NCBI GenBank assembly: GCA_002269645.1
Contig: NIVC01002303.1
Location: forward strand, 1 to 59,727
Reading direction: 5' to 3'
Origin: Macrostomum lignano
Taxonomy: Eukaryota
DNA: 59,727 nt
Of the stretch, positions 1-12,500 are shown piece by piece. The notes beneath the pieces are model-generated. The model saw only the letters and a list, made by a program, of their open reading frames with translations, was not told the DNA's origin and searched no databases. The translations under genes and the position numbers were made by a program. Each line of letters starts with the position of its first letter. Position 1 is the first letter of the stretch.

Positions 1-1010
1 CCACACCCAAATCCAAGCCACACCCAATCCACCCACACCCAAATCCAACCACACCCGAATCCACCCACACCCAAATCAACCACACCCGAATCCACCCACC
101 CCAAATCCAACCACCGAATCACCCACCACCCAAATCCAACCAACCCGTATCCACCACTCCCTAATCCACCACACCGAATCCACCCACACCCGAATCTCCC
201 ACACCCGAATCTCCCACACCCGAATCTCCAGACCGAATCTTCCACACCCGAATCTCCCACACCGCGAATCTTCCACACGCCGAATTTCCACACCCGAATC
301 TCCACACCGAATCTCCCACACCGAATCTCCCAACCCGAATCTCCAACCGAATCTCCACACCCGAAATCTCCCACAGCCCGGAATCTCCACACCCGAATCT
401 CCCAATACACGAATCTCCCAATACACGAATCCCACCCACCCGAATCTCCCAGACCCGAATCTTCCGCCAGACCCGAATCTCCCAGACCCGAATCTCCCAG
501 ACCCGAATCTTCCACACCCGAATCTCCACACCGACTTCCACACGGCCGAATCTCCCACACCCGAATCTCCCACACCCCCGAATCTCCCACACCCGAATCT
601 CCCAGACCCGAATCTCCCAGACCCGAATCTTCCACACCCGAATCTCCCACACCCCGAATCTTCCACACCGAATCTCCCAATACCGAATCTCCCAATACAC
701 GTCCACCACACCGAATCTCCCAGACCCGAATCTCCCAGACCGAATCTCCCAGACACCGAATCTCCCAGACCCGAATCTTCCACACCCGAATCTCCCAGAC
801 CCGAATCTTCCACACCGAATCTCCCACACCCGAATCTTCCACACCCGAATCTCCAGACCGAATCTTCCACACCCGAATCTCCACACCGAATCTTCCACAC
901 CGAATCTCCACACTGAATCTCCCACACCCGAATCTCCCACCCCCGAATCTCCCACACTCCGAATCTCTCAGACCTGAATCTCCCAGACCCGAATCCACCC
1001 ACCTCCGAAT
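1..1010 (+). repeat. C-rich ~14-bp minisatellite (CCACACCCGAATCT / CCACACCCGAATCCAC), intron 5 of copy A
   Basis: Direct tandem units. The same array is in intron 5 of B (18820-19430) and C (31828-33022). Confidence 0.95.
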
Positions 1011-1065
1011 CTTGAGATCAGTAACGGTTTAACACGGAGTCTAAAAAAAGCGCTAACAAACACAG

Positions 1066-4000
1066 ATCAAGCGGCTGGGAGCGTACGGACCCAAGTACCA
1101 GTGGATTTCAGATGGGGCTTCGGCAACCACGCAGCTCAATCATAATGGAAGCTGCTCTGATTCCGAGCGAGCCGTGGCCATGGAGGGTTCCATAGTGCTG
1201 GACAATGACCAGGAGGATCCGGGGAGGAGGAACCCCTGCCGCTGGACTGACGGTCGAGTAAGAATTGCGATGTCTGAATGTCAGAACTTCGACATGTCGA
1301 AATTTCAAAGCTTTAAGTTGTCATACTGTCAGGACGTCATGGTGCTGAGAACCAGGAATGTTTGAGAGTCAAGCATAGTGCCGATATTTTGTCAAAATGT
1401 CAGAATATCAGTATGTCCGCTAGGCTGCAAAATATATCGGTAATTTCATATCGGTATTGTAATATCGGACGCCAGGACGTCAGATGTCATGCTACAAAGT
1501 CAAGATGCTAATATGTCATTATGTTTAAGATGTAAGGGTGCTAATGTGCCAGGATGTTGATATGTAAGGATGCTATTATGTCAGGATGTCTTTAAGTCAG
1601 GATGTTTTTAAGCAGAATGCCATTTGTCAAGATGTTTTTAGGATGTAAATATCTAGGATATTAAGATGTCCGATGCAGATACCAAGATGTCCGATGTCAA
1701 GACGTCAACGATGTCAAGACGTCACGATGTCAAGAGTCACGATGTCAAGATGTCACGAAGTCAGAGATGTCACGATGTCAAGTTGTCACGATGTCAGAGA
1801 TGTCACGATGTCAAGATATATCGGGACATCTCTGACTGTCGTGACATCTCTGAAGCGAGTTCTTCAGAGGGTAGGCCGCACAATTTCAGACAAGAGACGA
1901 GACCTACGAGGACTTTCCTCAGCCAGTTCGGCAGCTGGACCGCAAACCCCCTGAGATCCGGCATCAACGGCTTCGACACGCGTTTCGACGCGTGACGGCG
2001 CCGCCCTGGCCATCAACGCCACCCTGGAGCAGGCGAAATTACACTGCCGAGCCTGCCGACTCGACTGCTCGAGTTTCAAAGAGAAAATCTTCGAGAACGT
2101 TCGCAGCCTGGACTTTCATGGACTTTCGGTGAGTTGCTTGTCTCCCGGTTCCATGCTAGCAGACTGAAATCTCATTGCGAGATCCGAAAATCCGAAAAAG
2201 CGAGCAGGATTTAAACAAAAAGTCACCTACCGGCATGCTTCGTAGTCAATAATCAACCAGAATTCTGTGTTATCATATTTTAACGGAAAACAGCACACAC
2301 ATCTGGTGAATCCGCTCGACGACAAGCGGATGGCCATCGGTGGGAGCCCGCATCCGCCCACAGGCCCAGGCGAAATGTGTTTGAAATTGCCTCAGTAGTC
2401 AGTTAGCAGGGGCGGAAGCGGAGGCGTTAATGCGAAGTTAATTGAAATACGCCTGCGTCTCATGCTCAGACGTCAGAAAGCACGCCGCTATTCGAGAAGT
2501 TAAATATTGTAGCGCTGGCTACCAAAAGATGAAGATGATTGATTAAGTTGAGCGAAAGGTTAAACCTTGACTGGGGGGCGATCGCGTCTATTTAATAAAA
2601 ATAAAGTACAGTTGGTTTGGGGCTGAAACCGAAAGTTGGAGTTTGGGTCATAGACAACCTAGCTTGTGGGCAATCAAAAGAAAGTTATTATATATAGCAT
2701 TTTGCAGCCCATTTGGGCCTACGCGCATTTTATTTAATCCAAGATATGTTTGCCAATGTAACAGAGCTTTTGTCTATGGTAGCAAGGCTGGCGCAGCGGC
2801 ATTTAATTTGGTCCAACAAGCATCCATTTGGTCCAAACACTCGTGAGCCATTGGACAAACTCTTGCCTTCTCTCAACCGTCTGCAGGTTATTGCGCACCA
2901 CTGGAATGTCAGCGTCTCTACCAGCAATTTTTAGTTGCTTTTCCAGAGCTCTGCTGATAGTCAAAATCTGATAACCAACTGGAGCTGTTCCCTCAACTTC
3001 TGCTGCATTTCGGCAACGTCAACAAAGGGTTCGTCTCCACTGCATCGAGCAGCAGTTGGACCTGAGGCTCTCGAGCAACTTTCCTTGGCGATTGCCACCC
3101 TTTCGCAGGCAATCTCTGCCAGCAGAGTTTCAACGCGCTGCTGGATGCTGTAAACCACCTTTTCTTTTACATTCAGCAACCTTGCAATGTCCTTTGGGTG
3201 TTCACCTCCGTCGAGTGCTTCGATCACAAGCCAATGACATTCGTTCAACAGCCTAGCATATGGTCCACAATTCTGGGACTGAGCTACAAATGAACTAAAT
3301 GGACCAAATTGATGCTGGTTGGACCAAACTAAATGCCGCTGTGCCAGCCTTGCTGCCATAGACAAAAGCTCCATTACTTTGACAAACCTATCTTGGATTG
3401 AATTCGATGCGCGTAAGCCCAAATGGGCTGCAAAAAGCTATATTACGCAAGGATAGTGGGAAACAAGGCGCTACAATATAAAGATAAATGCTTCTCTGCG
3501 CCAGTCCACTACTAAGAGTAGAAATTAAAGGATACCTAAGGAAAAGAACAAGAATATTCGTTCCTTGGAATGATGATGAATCGCATTTTAAACAGGGGTA
3601 CAATTTCATCAGGTTGTACCAGAATTTTCAAGTGTATAAAGTGTACAAGACTGCTATAGTGTACAAGACTGCTGTTGTATACAAGAAGGCTATAATGTAC
3701 AAGACTTCTATGGTTTACAAGACTAGTACAGTGTACAAGACTGCAATAGTGTACAAGACTGCAATAGTGTACAAGAGTATTTTTTTATTCCTTTGCAAAT
3801 CACTATAGCTTTTTACCGCATCACAAACATGCATAACAACGAATAAAGCAACAACTGCAGGGTCCCGTCAATTTTGATCCGAAGGGCGATAGAGAACCTA
3901 CCGTTATTATTTACCAAATCCGAGGTAAGACATGGGATTAAGTCTTATTCTAAAAATTTAAATTATACGCACGAACATTGCCAACGAGTGTCATCCTACC

Positions 4001-7000
4001 CTAGGTCTCAAGAGAGATTTGGTTGCAACTTATCAACCGAAGACAGGGGACAGTCGCTGGATCAAACCACTGTGGTTCGAGGGTACGCCATTCGAATGCT
4101 AGGCCATCAACACTCCATCCCTAACCCTAACCCTTTCAAATTTCCCCCATCAGCCCAGTCTCCAGAGTCACTCATCAGCTCAGTCTCCCGAGTCCCCATC
4201 AGCCCAGCCTCCCGAGTTACCCATCAGCCTAGTCTCCCGAGTCCCCATCAGCCCAGTCTGCCGAGTCTCCATCAGTGCAGTCTCCCGAGTCCCCATCAGC
4301 CCAGTCTCCCGAGTCCCCATCAGCCCAGTCTCCCGAGCCCCATCAGCCCAGTCTCCCGAGCCTCCCACATCAGCCCAGTCTCCCGAGCCCCATCAGCCCA
4401 GTCTCCCGAGCCCATCAGCCCAGTCTCCCGAGCCTCCCACATCAGCCCAGTCTCCCAAGTCCCATCAGCTCAGTCTCCCGAGTCCCCATCAGCCCAGTCT
4501 CCCGAGTCCCCATCAGCCCAGTCTCCCGAGCCCCATCAGCCCAGTCTCCCGAGCCTCCCACATCAGCCCAGTCTCCCGAGCCCCATCAGCCCAGTCTCCC
4601 GAGCCCCATCAGCCCAGTCTCCCGAGCCTCCCACATCAGCCCAGTCTCCCGAGTCCCCATCAGCCCAGTCTCCCGAGCCCATCAGCGCATCTCCCATCCC
4701 GTCCCGCAGGCGGCTCGGCTCCAGTCGACTCTCCCAGAATCCTCTCAAAGCTCGTCCACGCCAGCCTCGTCAGCGCCGTGGTCTCTGGCGGCCTGTCTGC
4801 CTGCGGCGCCTGCCTCACCCTGGCCGCCATGGCGGTGAACCTGTGGTTCCGCAAGGTGCCCTACATCCGGCTCAGCAGCCCCATCGTGAACACCATCATC
4901 GGGCTGGGCTGCCTGCTGTGCCACGCGTCCTGCCTCATCATGACCTTCAACGCGTACATGGGAAGCCAGCTCGGACTGTGCTGGTCCCAGCTGCTCTGCC
5001 TCATCACTGGCTACTCGTGCGCCTTCGGTGGAATTCTGGCCAAGACGTGGCGAGTCCACAGAATCTTCACCAACAAGATGAGGCTGACTGTGAGTCCATC
5101 TGCACTGCAGTGCTCGTGTATCGTCAGTCCCCTGAATGACCTTGAGCCAGCCTGGTCACGCATTACCGGATTTCAGACCATCAAGGACTGGCACCTCTGC
5201 ATGGTGATTGCCGCTATTCTGCTGATGGATGCTGGACTGCTGCTGGCTCTCGGACTCCTGGATTCACCAGCCTTGGCTGTCAAGAGACTGTCTGAGCAGG
5301 TAACAGGGTGTGCAGTGATTCTGTACTCTGCATTCACAAGAGACTGTCTGAGCAGGTAACAGGGTGTGCAGTGATTCTGTACTCTGCATTCACAAGAGAC
5401 TGTCTGAGCAGGTAACAGGGTGTGCAGTGATTCTGTACTCTGCACTCACAAGAGACTGTCTGAGCAGGGAACAGGGTGTGCAGTGTGATTCTGTACTCTG
5501 CATTCACAAGAGACTGTCTGAGCAGGTAACAGGTTGTGCAGTGATTCTGTACTCTACACTCACAAGAGACTGTCTGAGCAGGTAACAGGGTGTGCTGTGA
5601 TTCTGTACTCTGCATTCACAAGAGACTGTCTGAGCAGGTAACAGGGTGTGCAGTGTGATTCTGTACTCTGCATTCACAAGAGACTGTCTGAGCAGGTAAC
5701 AGGGTGTGCTGTGATTCTGTACTCTGCATTCACAAGAGACTGTCTGAGCAGGGAACAGGGTGTGCTGTGATTCTGTACTCTGCACTCACAAGAGACTGTC
5801 TGAGCAGGTAACAGGGTGTGCAGTGTGATTCTGTACTCTGCATTCACAAGAGACTGTCTGAGCAGGTAACAGGTTGTGCAGTGATTCTGTACTCTACACT
5901 CACAAGAGACTGTCTGAGCAGGTAACAGGGTGTGCAGTGATTCTGTACTCTGCATTCACAAGAGACTGTCTGAGCAGGTAACAGGGTGTGCTGTGATTCT
6001 GTACTCTGCATTCACAAGAGACTGTCTGAGCAGGTAACAGGGTGTGCAGTGATTCTGTACTCTGCATTCACAAGAGACTGTCTGAGCAGGGAACAGGGTG
6101 TGCAGTGATTCTGTACTCTGCACTCACAAGAGACTGTCTGAGCAGGTAACAGGGTGTGCAGTGTGATTCTGTACTCTGCATTCACAAGAGACTGTCTGAG
6201 CAGGTAACAGGTTGTGCAGTGATTCTGTACTCTACACTCACAAGAGACTGTCTGAGCAGGTAACAGGGTGTGCAGTGATTCTGTACTCTGCATTCACAAG
6301 AGACTGTCTGAGCAGGTAACAGGGTGTGCTGTGATTCTGTACTCTGCATTCACAAGAGACTGTCTGAGCAGGTAACAGGGTGTGCAGTGATTCTGTACTC
6401 TGCATTCACAAGAGACTGTCTGAGCAGGTAACAGGGTGTGCTGTGATTCTGTACTCTGCATTCACAAGAGACTGTCTGAGCAGGTAACAGGGTGTGCAGT
6501 GATTCTGTACTCTGCATTCACAAGAGACTGTCTGAGCGGTAACAGAGTGTGCAGTGATTCTGTACTCTGCATTCACAAGAGACTGTCTGAGCAGGTAACA
6601 GGGTGTGCAGTGATTCTGTACTCTGCACTCACAAGAGACTGTCTGAGCGGTAACAGGGTGTGCAGTGATTCTGTACTCTGCACTAACAAGAGACTGTCTG
6701 AGCAGGTAACAGGGTGTGCTGTGATTCTGTACTCTGCATTCACAAGAGACTGTCTGAGCAGGTGACAGGGTGTGCAGTGTGATTCTGTACTCTGCATTCA
6801 CAAGAGACTGTCTGAGCAGGTGACAGGGTGTGCAGTGATTCTGTACTCTGCATTCACAAGAGACTGTCTGAGCAGGTGACAGGGTGTGCAGTGATTCTGT
6901 ACTCTGCATTCACAAGAGACTGTCTGAGCAGGTGACAGGGTGTGCTGTGATTCTGTACTCTGCATTCACAAGAGACTGTCTGAGCAGGTGACAGGGTGTT

Positions 7001-8010
7001 CTGTGATTCTGTACTCTGCATTCACAAGAGACTGTCTGAGCAGGTGACAGGGTGTGCAGTGTGATGCAGTCTGACATTGCACTGACATTCCACTGACATG
7101 CAGTGCCATGCCAATGCAGGACATGATCTCTGACGGAGCTGTGGTTCTGCACAAGCTGGTCGTGTGTCAGTCCAGCAGCGAGGTGCTGTGGAAGGGCCTC
7201 ATCATCGGCATGAAGGCGGTGTTCCTTCTGTTCGGAATCTTCTTTGCCTGGGAGACTCGCACAATTCACGTGGAAGCGCTGAACGACTCGAAGGTGATCG
7301 GAATCTGCGTGTACAACACCACCGTGATGGGGCTGATCGGCGTGGTGCTGGAGTTTGCGCTGCCCATCGGCTCGGTGGACCTGCGACTCGTGCTGCTGAC
7401 CTGCTGCATCAACATCTGCTCAGCCACCACCGTGCTGCTGGTGTTTGGCGGGAAGGTCGGTGGTCAGGGTGTGGGGTGTGGGGTGTGGTGTGGGGTGTGG
7501 GTTAGGGTGTGGGTTGGGATGTGTGCTGGAGTGTGGGCTGGAGTGTGGGGTGTGGGATGAGGTGTGGGCTGGAGTGTTGGTTGGGGTGTGGGCTGGAGTG
7601 TGGGCTGGAGTGTTGGCTTGGGTGTGGGGTATGGAGTGTGGGCTAAGGTGTGGGCTGGAATGGAGTGTGGGCTGTAGAGCGTACTGCAAGTTTTGGTAAT
7701 TAGTGCAAGTTAGCAATTTTGTTTTCGATTTGCCAGCGCTACTCACCTAAATTTGTATTTCTTTCTGACGAGTTGTGGGCTGGAGGCTTAGCTTACAAGG
7801 CATTTAACCTTGATCTGAAATTTAAATGCAAAGTGAGCTCACAGCTTAACCAGACATCCGGACTAAATCGAATTCCAGGTGCTGACCATCCTCAAAGACC
7901 GACGCGTCAGAGTCGCCGACGCCAACACGGTGCTGAGGACGGTGTGCAACAATGACCCCAACGGGACTGGGCGAGTCAACACGGCTAGAAATGAGTCTCT
8001 TGAAATGTGA
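1066..8010 (+). CDS. Class C GPCR, GABA-B-receptor-like, copy A (exons 6-13 only; 5' part lies outside the window)
   Basis: Exons: 1066-1257, 1890-2128, 3861-3924, 4005-4082, 4710-5089, 5177-5299, 7120-7455, 7879-8010 (stop TGA). All are GT-AG bounded. Motifs [21 protein letters not shown] and LNDSKVIG are typical of GABA-B-type 7tm_3. Exons 6-7 carry several 1-nt indels relative to B/C, probably sequence errors. Confidence 0.88.
1665..1815 (+). repeat. GATGTCAA/GATGTCAC 8-16-bp repeat, intron 6 of copy A
   Basis: Tandem units; expanded in B (20085-20665) and C (33570-33950). Confidence 0.9.
2693..3442 (-). mobile_element. Non-autonomous Tc1/mariner-like DNA transposon with ~150-bp imperfect TIRs and a transposase N-terminal HTH remnant (copy A intron 7)
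   Basis: TATAGCATTTTGCAGCCC...GGGCTGCAAAAAGCTATA inverted ends flanked by TA. The minus-strand ORF LVIEALDGGEHPKDIARLLNVKEKVVYSIQQR resembles a Tc1/Tc3 paired-like HTH. No DDE domain is visible. Confidence 0.7.
3640..3775 (+). repeat. 18-bp repeat (TAGTGTACAAGACTGCTG), intron 7 of A
   Basis: Tandem units; also in B (22480-22630) and C (34615-34860). Confidence 0.9.
4145..4690 (+). repeat. ~24-bp minisatellite (CCCCATCAGCCCAGTCTCCCGAGT), intron 9 of A
   Basis: Tandem units running up to the exon 10 acceptor; also in B (22995-23810), C (35250-35520) and D (45970-46205). Confidence 0.95.
5281..7060 (+). repeat. 56/58-bp minisatellite containing the exon 11 end and its 5' splice site, copy A (~31 units)
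   Basis: Unit CAAGAGACTGTCTGAGCAG|GTAACAGGGTGTGCAGTGATTCTGTACTCTGCATTCA. The first unit overlaps the last 19 nt of exon 11. Confidence 0.95.
7465..7680 (+). repeat. G/T-rich repeat (GGAGTGTGGGCT-like), intron 12 of A
   Basis: Also in B (25295-25500), C (37620-37945) and D (48265-48520). Confidence 0.85.
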
Positions 8011-8339
8011 CTCCCTGCGAACTCGCTTCTTGGAGGTTTCAATTCCGAACCGGATTTTCTGATTGATCAGAACATGCCTACTTGATTAAGCCAGAGGCTA
8101 CCAATATTAATAAGCCAGAGGCTACCAATATTAATAAGCCACTGAATTTGGCGAAAGCCTCCCTACCCCCTAACTGCCCGTGGCTTGTTCTTGACAAAGA
8201 AAAAAGTATAGCAAAACGACGAAAGCAAAACTTTATCCCTGTGGACGCTCTCTGATGCAGGAGCCACTTATTGAGAAATATAACCAAGCCAATTTTGAGT
8301 TTTGACTTTGTTCTTGTTAAAATGGTCGAAAGAGAAAAG

Positions 8340-8580
8340 GGGTGGTGCGTGGGGTTGGGCCTGGGAAAGTGTTGTGTGGGTAGGAGGGGTGTGTTGGTAG
8401 TGGGAGGGGGTTGGCTGTGGGAGGGTGTTGTGTGTGTGTGTGTGTGGAGTTGGCACATGGGAGGGTTTTGTGTGGGAGGGGGTTGGCTGTGGGAGGGTGT
8501 TGTGTGTGTGTGTGTGGAGTTGGCACATGGGAGGGTTTTGTGTGGGAGGGGTTGGCTGTGGGAGGGTGCTGTGTGTAGGA
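8340..8580 (+). repeat. G/T-rich repeat downstream of the stop codon of A
   Basis: GGGAGGGTGTTGTGTG-type units; also at 26125-26495 and 38600-39000. Confidence 0.85.
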
Positions 8581-8599
8581 GCAATGAGCAGCATGGAGT

Positions 8600-9010
8600 A
8601 TGGAGGTGTCAGAAATGTCTAAGAATGGACCCTCAGGCCAGGTGGGAAGCTGTAAAACAGAAGTGACTGTGTTTTAGCTGCCTAGGGACTGATACTTAAG
8701 CGGTGCTTGCAAGCGTGGATCGGAATGAGCTGTGGAAAAGGATCCAGGCCTGGCGAATGCGTACCAGGAGGTGCTTGACGGACATGTGGTTAAAGGCTAC
8801 ATAGAAGAAGTCGAAGGCACTGTGCCAGTGGCGGGTTGGAGGTAGCTCGTACCTGTCGCACTTCGCAGTGGTTCGAGCCGGCTACGACACCACAAAGTCG
8901 CGCATAGTCTAAGATGCTTCAACGCACTGCAATGGAGCCTGCTTGAATGATGCCATCAGTGCTGGCTCAAAATTTAAAACGATCTCTTCAAAGAGCTGTG
9001 CTCTGTTTAG
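8600..9010 (+). mobile_element. Degenerate BEL/Pao LTR-retrotransposon fragment (gag Cys motif plus RT start)
   Basis: Translations CQKCLRMDPQARWEAVKQK*LCFSCLG and AYQEVLDGHVVKGYIEEV...YLSHFAVVRAGYDTTKSRIV*DAS...CLNDAISAG match the Pao gag knuckle region and the YLPHH...TTK.RIVFDAS...SLND RT motif. Contains stops and a large internal deletion. Confidence 0.75.
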
Positions 9011-9597
9011 TGGTGGAGCGCAGGAGGCAATGATCCGTGCAGGCACTGAGTGATCCTCGGCAACGCGGATGCTGACAATGAGGAGTTGCATTCAGCCGGA
9101 GCAGAGGCGCTTTTTACCTCGCGCCCAACGACATACCAGACGACCAACCCCGATAAAAGGAACACCGTTAACGCCTCTTAACGGTCCGATTGTTTCTCGC
9201 TGTGATTTTATCGCTGAGGGCGAGCTGTTTGCTCCTCGCAGCTATATTTAGTGCTTTGCAGTCACGCTTCTCTTTGACGACATATGAATTGTTCGAATAT
9301 GGCAGTTGTTCAACAGCAGTCTGTTTTTCACACAAAAGAATCCTGCTTCGTTATGCGTTTTTGCTTGCGTGTTTTTTGTGTCTTTCTTTTGGCGGAGCGC
9401 TGAGCTTGTTACTGTATTTAATTTTCTGTTAGTCACCGCTGCGATATTGCTGCTTTTGTCAGAAAGAGGGGAATGTTTAGAAAAGAGAAACGACTAATTA
9501 GCTCATCCAGTCATGTGTATGCGTAAATTTCCTCACTCTATTATATTTTGAGTACCTGCAGGTAGCACCGGGTTTGGTTCTCGAACCGGGAAGAACG

Positions 9598-12500
9598 GTC
9601 TCATAATGCGCATTCTAAATTTACTGCATTGTATCAGACATGACACTTTTTATGGTTGACATGACGCATCTTTTATGTTTGACATGACACTTTTTATGGT
9701 TGACATGACGCATCTTTTATGTTTGACATGACACTTTTTATGGTTGACATGACACTTCTTTTATGTTTGACATGACACTTTTTATGGTTGACATGACGCA
9801 TCTTTTATGTTTGACATGACACTTTTTATGTTTGACATGACGCATCTTTTATGTTTGACATGACACTTTTTATGTTTGACATGACGCATCTTTTATGTTT
9901 GACATGACACTTTTTATGTTTGACATGACGCATCTTTTATGTTTGACATGAAGCATCTTTTATGTTTGACATGACACATCTTTTATGTTTGACATGACAC
10001 TTTTTATGGTTGACATGACACTTCTTTTATGTTTGACATGACACTTTTTATGTTTGACATGACGCATCTTTTATGTTTGACATGACACTTTTTATGGTTG
10101 ACATGACGCATCTTTTATGTTTGACATGACACTTTTTATGGTTCACATGGCACTTCTTTTATGTTTGACATGAAGCATCTTTTATGTTTGACATGGCACT
10201 TCTTTTATGTTTGACATGACACTTCTTTTATGTTTGACATGACACTTTTTATGTTTGACATGACACTTCTTTTATGTTTGACATGACACTTTTTATGGTT
10301 CACATGACACTTCTTTTATGTTTGACATGAAGCATCTTTTATGTTTGACATGACACATCTTTTATGTTTGACATGACACTTTTTATGGTTGACATGACAC
10401 TTCTTTTATGTTTGACATGACACTTTTTATGTTTGACATGACGCATCTTTTATGTTTGACATGACACTTTTTATGGTTGACATGACGCATCTTTTATGTT
10501 TGACATGACACTTTTTATGTTTGACATGACACATCTTTTATGTTTGACATGACACTTTTTATGGTTGACATGACACTTCTTTTATGTTTGACATGACACT
10601 TTTTATGTTTGACATGACGCATCTTTTATGTTTGACATGACACTTTTTATGGTTGACATGACGCATCTTTTATGTTTGACATGACACTTTTTATGGTTCA
10701 CATGGCACTTCTTTTATGTTTGACATGAAGCATCTTTTATGTTTGACATGGCACTTCTTTTATGTTTGACATGACACTTCTTTTATGTTTGACATGACAC
10801 TTTTTATGTTTGACATGACACTTCTTTTATGTTTGACATGACACTTTTTATGGTTCACATGACACTTCTTTTATGTTTGACATGAAGCATCTTTTATGTT
10901 TGACATGACACTTCTTTTATGTTTGACATGACACTTTTTATGTTTGACATGACACTTCTTTTATGTTTGACATGACACTTCTTATGGTTGACATGACGCA
11001 TCTTTTATGTTTGACATGACACTTCTTATGGTTGACATGACGCATCTTTTATGTTTGACATGACACTTCTTTTATGTTTGACATGACACTTTTTATGGTT
11101 GACATGACGCATCTTTTATGTTTGACATGACACTTTTTATGGTTCACATGACACTTCTTTTATGTTTGACATGAAGCATCTTTTATGTTTGACATGACAC
11201 TTCTTTTATGTTTGACATGACACTTTTTATGTTTGACATGACACTTCTTTTATGTTTGACATGACACTTTTTATGGTTCACATGACGCATCTTTTATGTT
11301 TGACATGACACTTTTTATGGTTCACATGGCACTTCTTTTATGTTTGACATGAAGCATCTTTTATGTTTGACATGACACTTCTTTTATGTTTGACATGACA
11401 CTTCTTTTATGTTTGACATGTCACTTCTTTTATGTTTGACATGACACTTCTTTTATGTTTGACATGACACTTCTTTTATGTTTGACATGACACTTCTTTT
11501 ATGTTTGACATGTCACTTCTTTTATGTTTGACATGAAGCATCTTTTATGTTTGACATGACGCTTCTTTTATGGTTGACATGTCACTTCTTTTATGTTTGA
11601 CATGACACTTCTTTTATGTTTGACATGACACTTCTTTTATGTTTGACATGACACTTCTTTTATGTTTGACATGACACTTCTTTTATGTTTGACATGACAC
11701 TTCTTTTATGTTTGACATGACACTTCTTTTATGTTTGACATGAAGCATCTTTTATGTTTGACATGAAACTTCTTTTATGTTTGACATGACACTTCTTTTA
11801 TGTTTGACATGACACTTCTTTTATGTTTGACATGACACTTCTTTTATGTTTGACATGACACTTCTTTTATGTTTGACATGACGCTTCTTTTATGTTTGAC
11901 ATGACACTTCTTTTATGTTTGACATGAAACTTCTTTTATGTTTGACATGGCACTTCTTTTATGTTTGACATGAAACTTCTTTTATGTTTGACATGAAACT
12001 TCTTTTATGTTTGACATGACACTTCTTTTATGTTTGACATGACACTTCTTTTATGTTTGACATGACACTTCTTTTATGTTTGACATGGCACTTCTTTTAT
12101 GTTTGACATGAAACTTCTTTTATGTTTGACATGAAACTTCTTTTATGTTTGACATGACACTTCTTTTATGTTTGACATGACACTTCTTTTATGTTTGACA
12201 TGACACTTCTTTTATGTTTGACATGACACTTCTTTTATGTTTGACATGACGCTTCTTTTATGTTTGACATGACACTTCTTTTATGTTTGACATGAAACTT
12301 CTTTTATGTTTGACATGGCACTTCTTTTATGTTTGACATGAAACTTCTTTTATGTTTGACATGAAACTTCTTTTATGTTTGACATGACACTTCTTTTATG
12401 TTTGACATGACACTTCTTTTATGTTTGACATGACACTTCTTTTATGTTTGACATGTCACTTCTTTTATGTTTCACATGTCACTTCTTTTATGGTTGACAT

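Noticed and set aside
76-1002. Long ORFs such as (GRFGC)n, (WEIRV)n, (PNLPH)n, (SAQSPESP)n, (MSRCQDV)n, (YKTAVV)n, here and at 18.7-19.4, 20.0-20.8, 23.3-23.9, 31.7-33.0, 39.2-40.6 and 54.4-55.0 kb
   Set aside because: These are translations of stop-free minisatellites inside introns or TIRs. They are open in several frames and on both strands, which is expected for such repeats.
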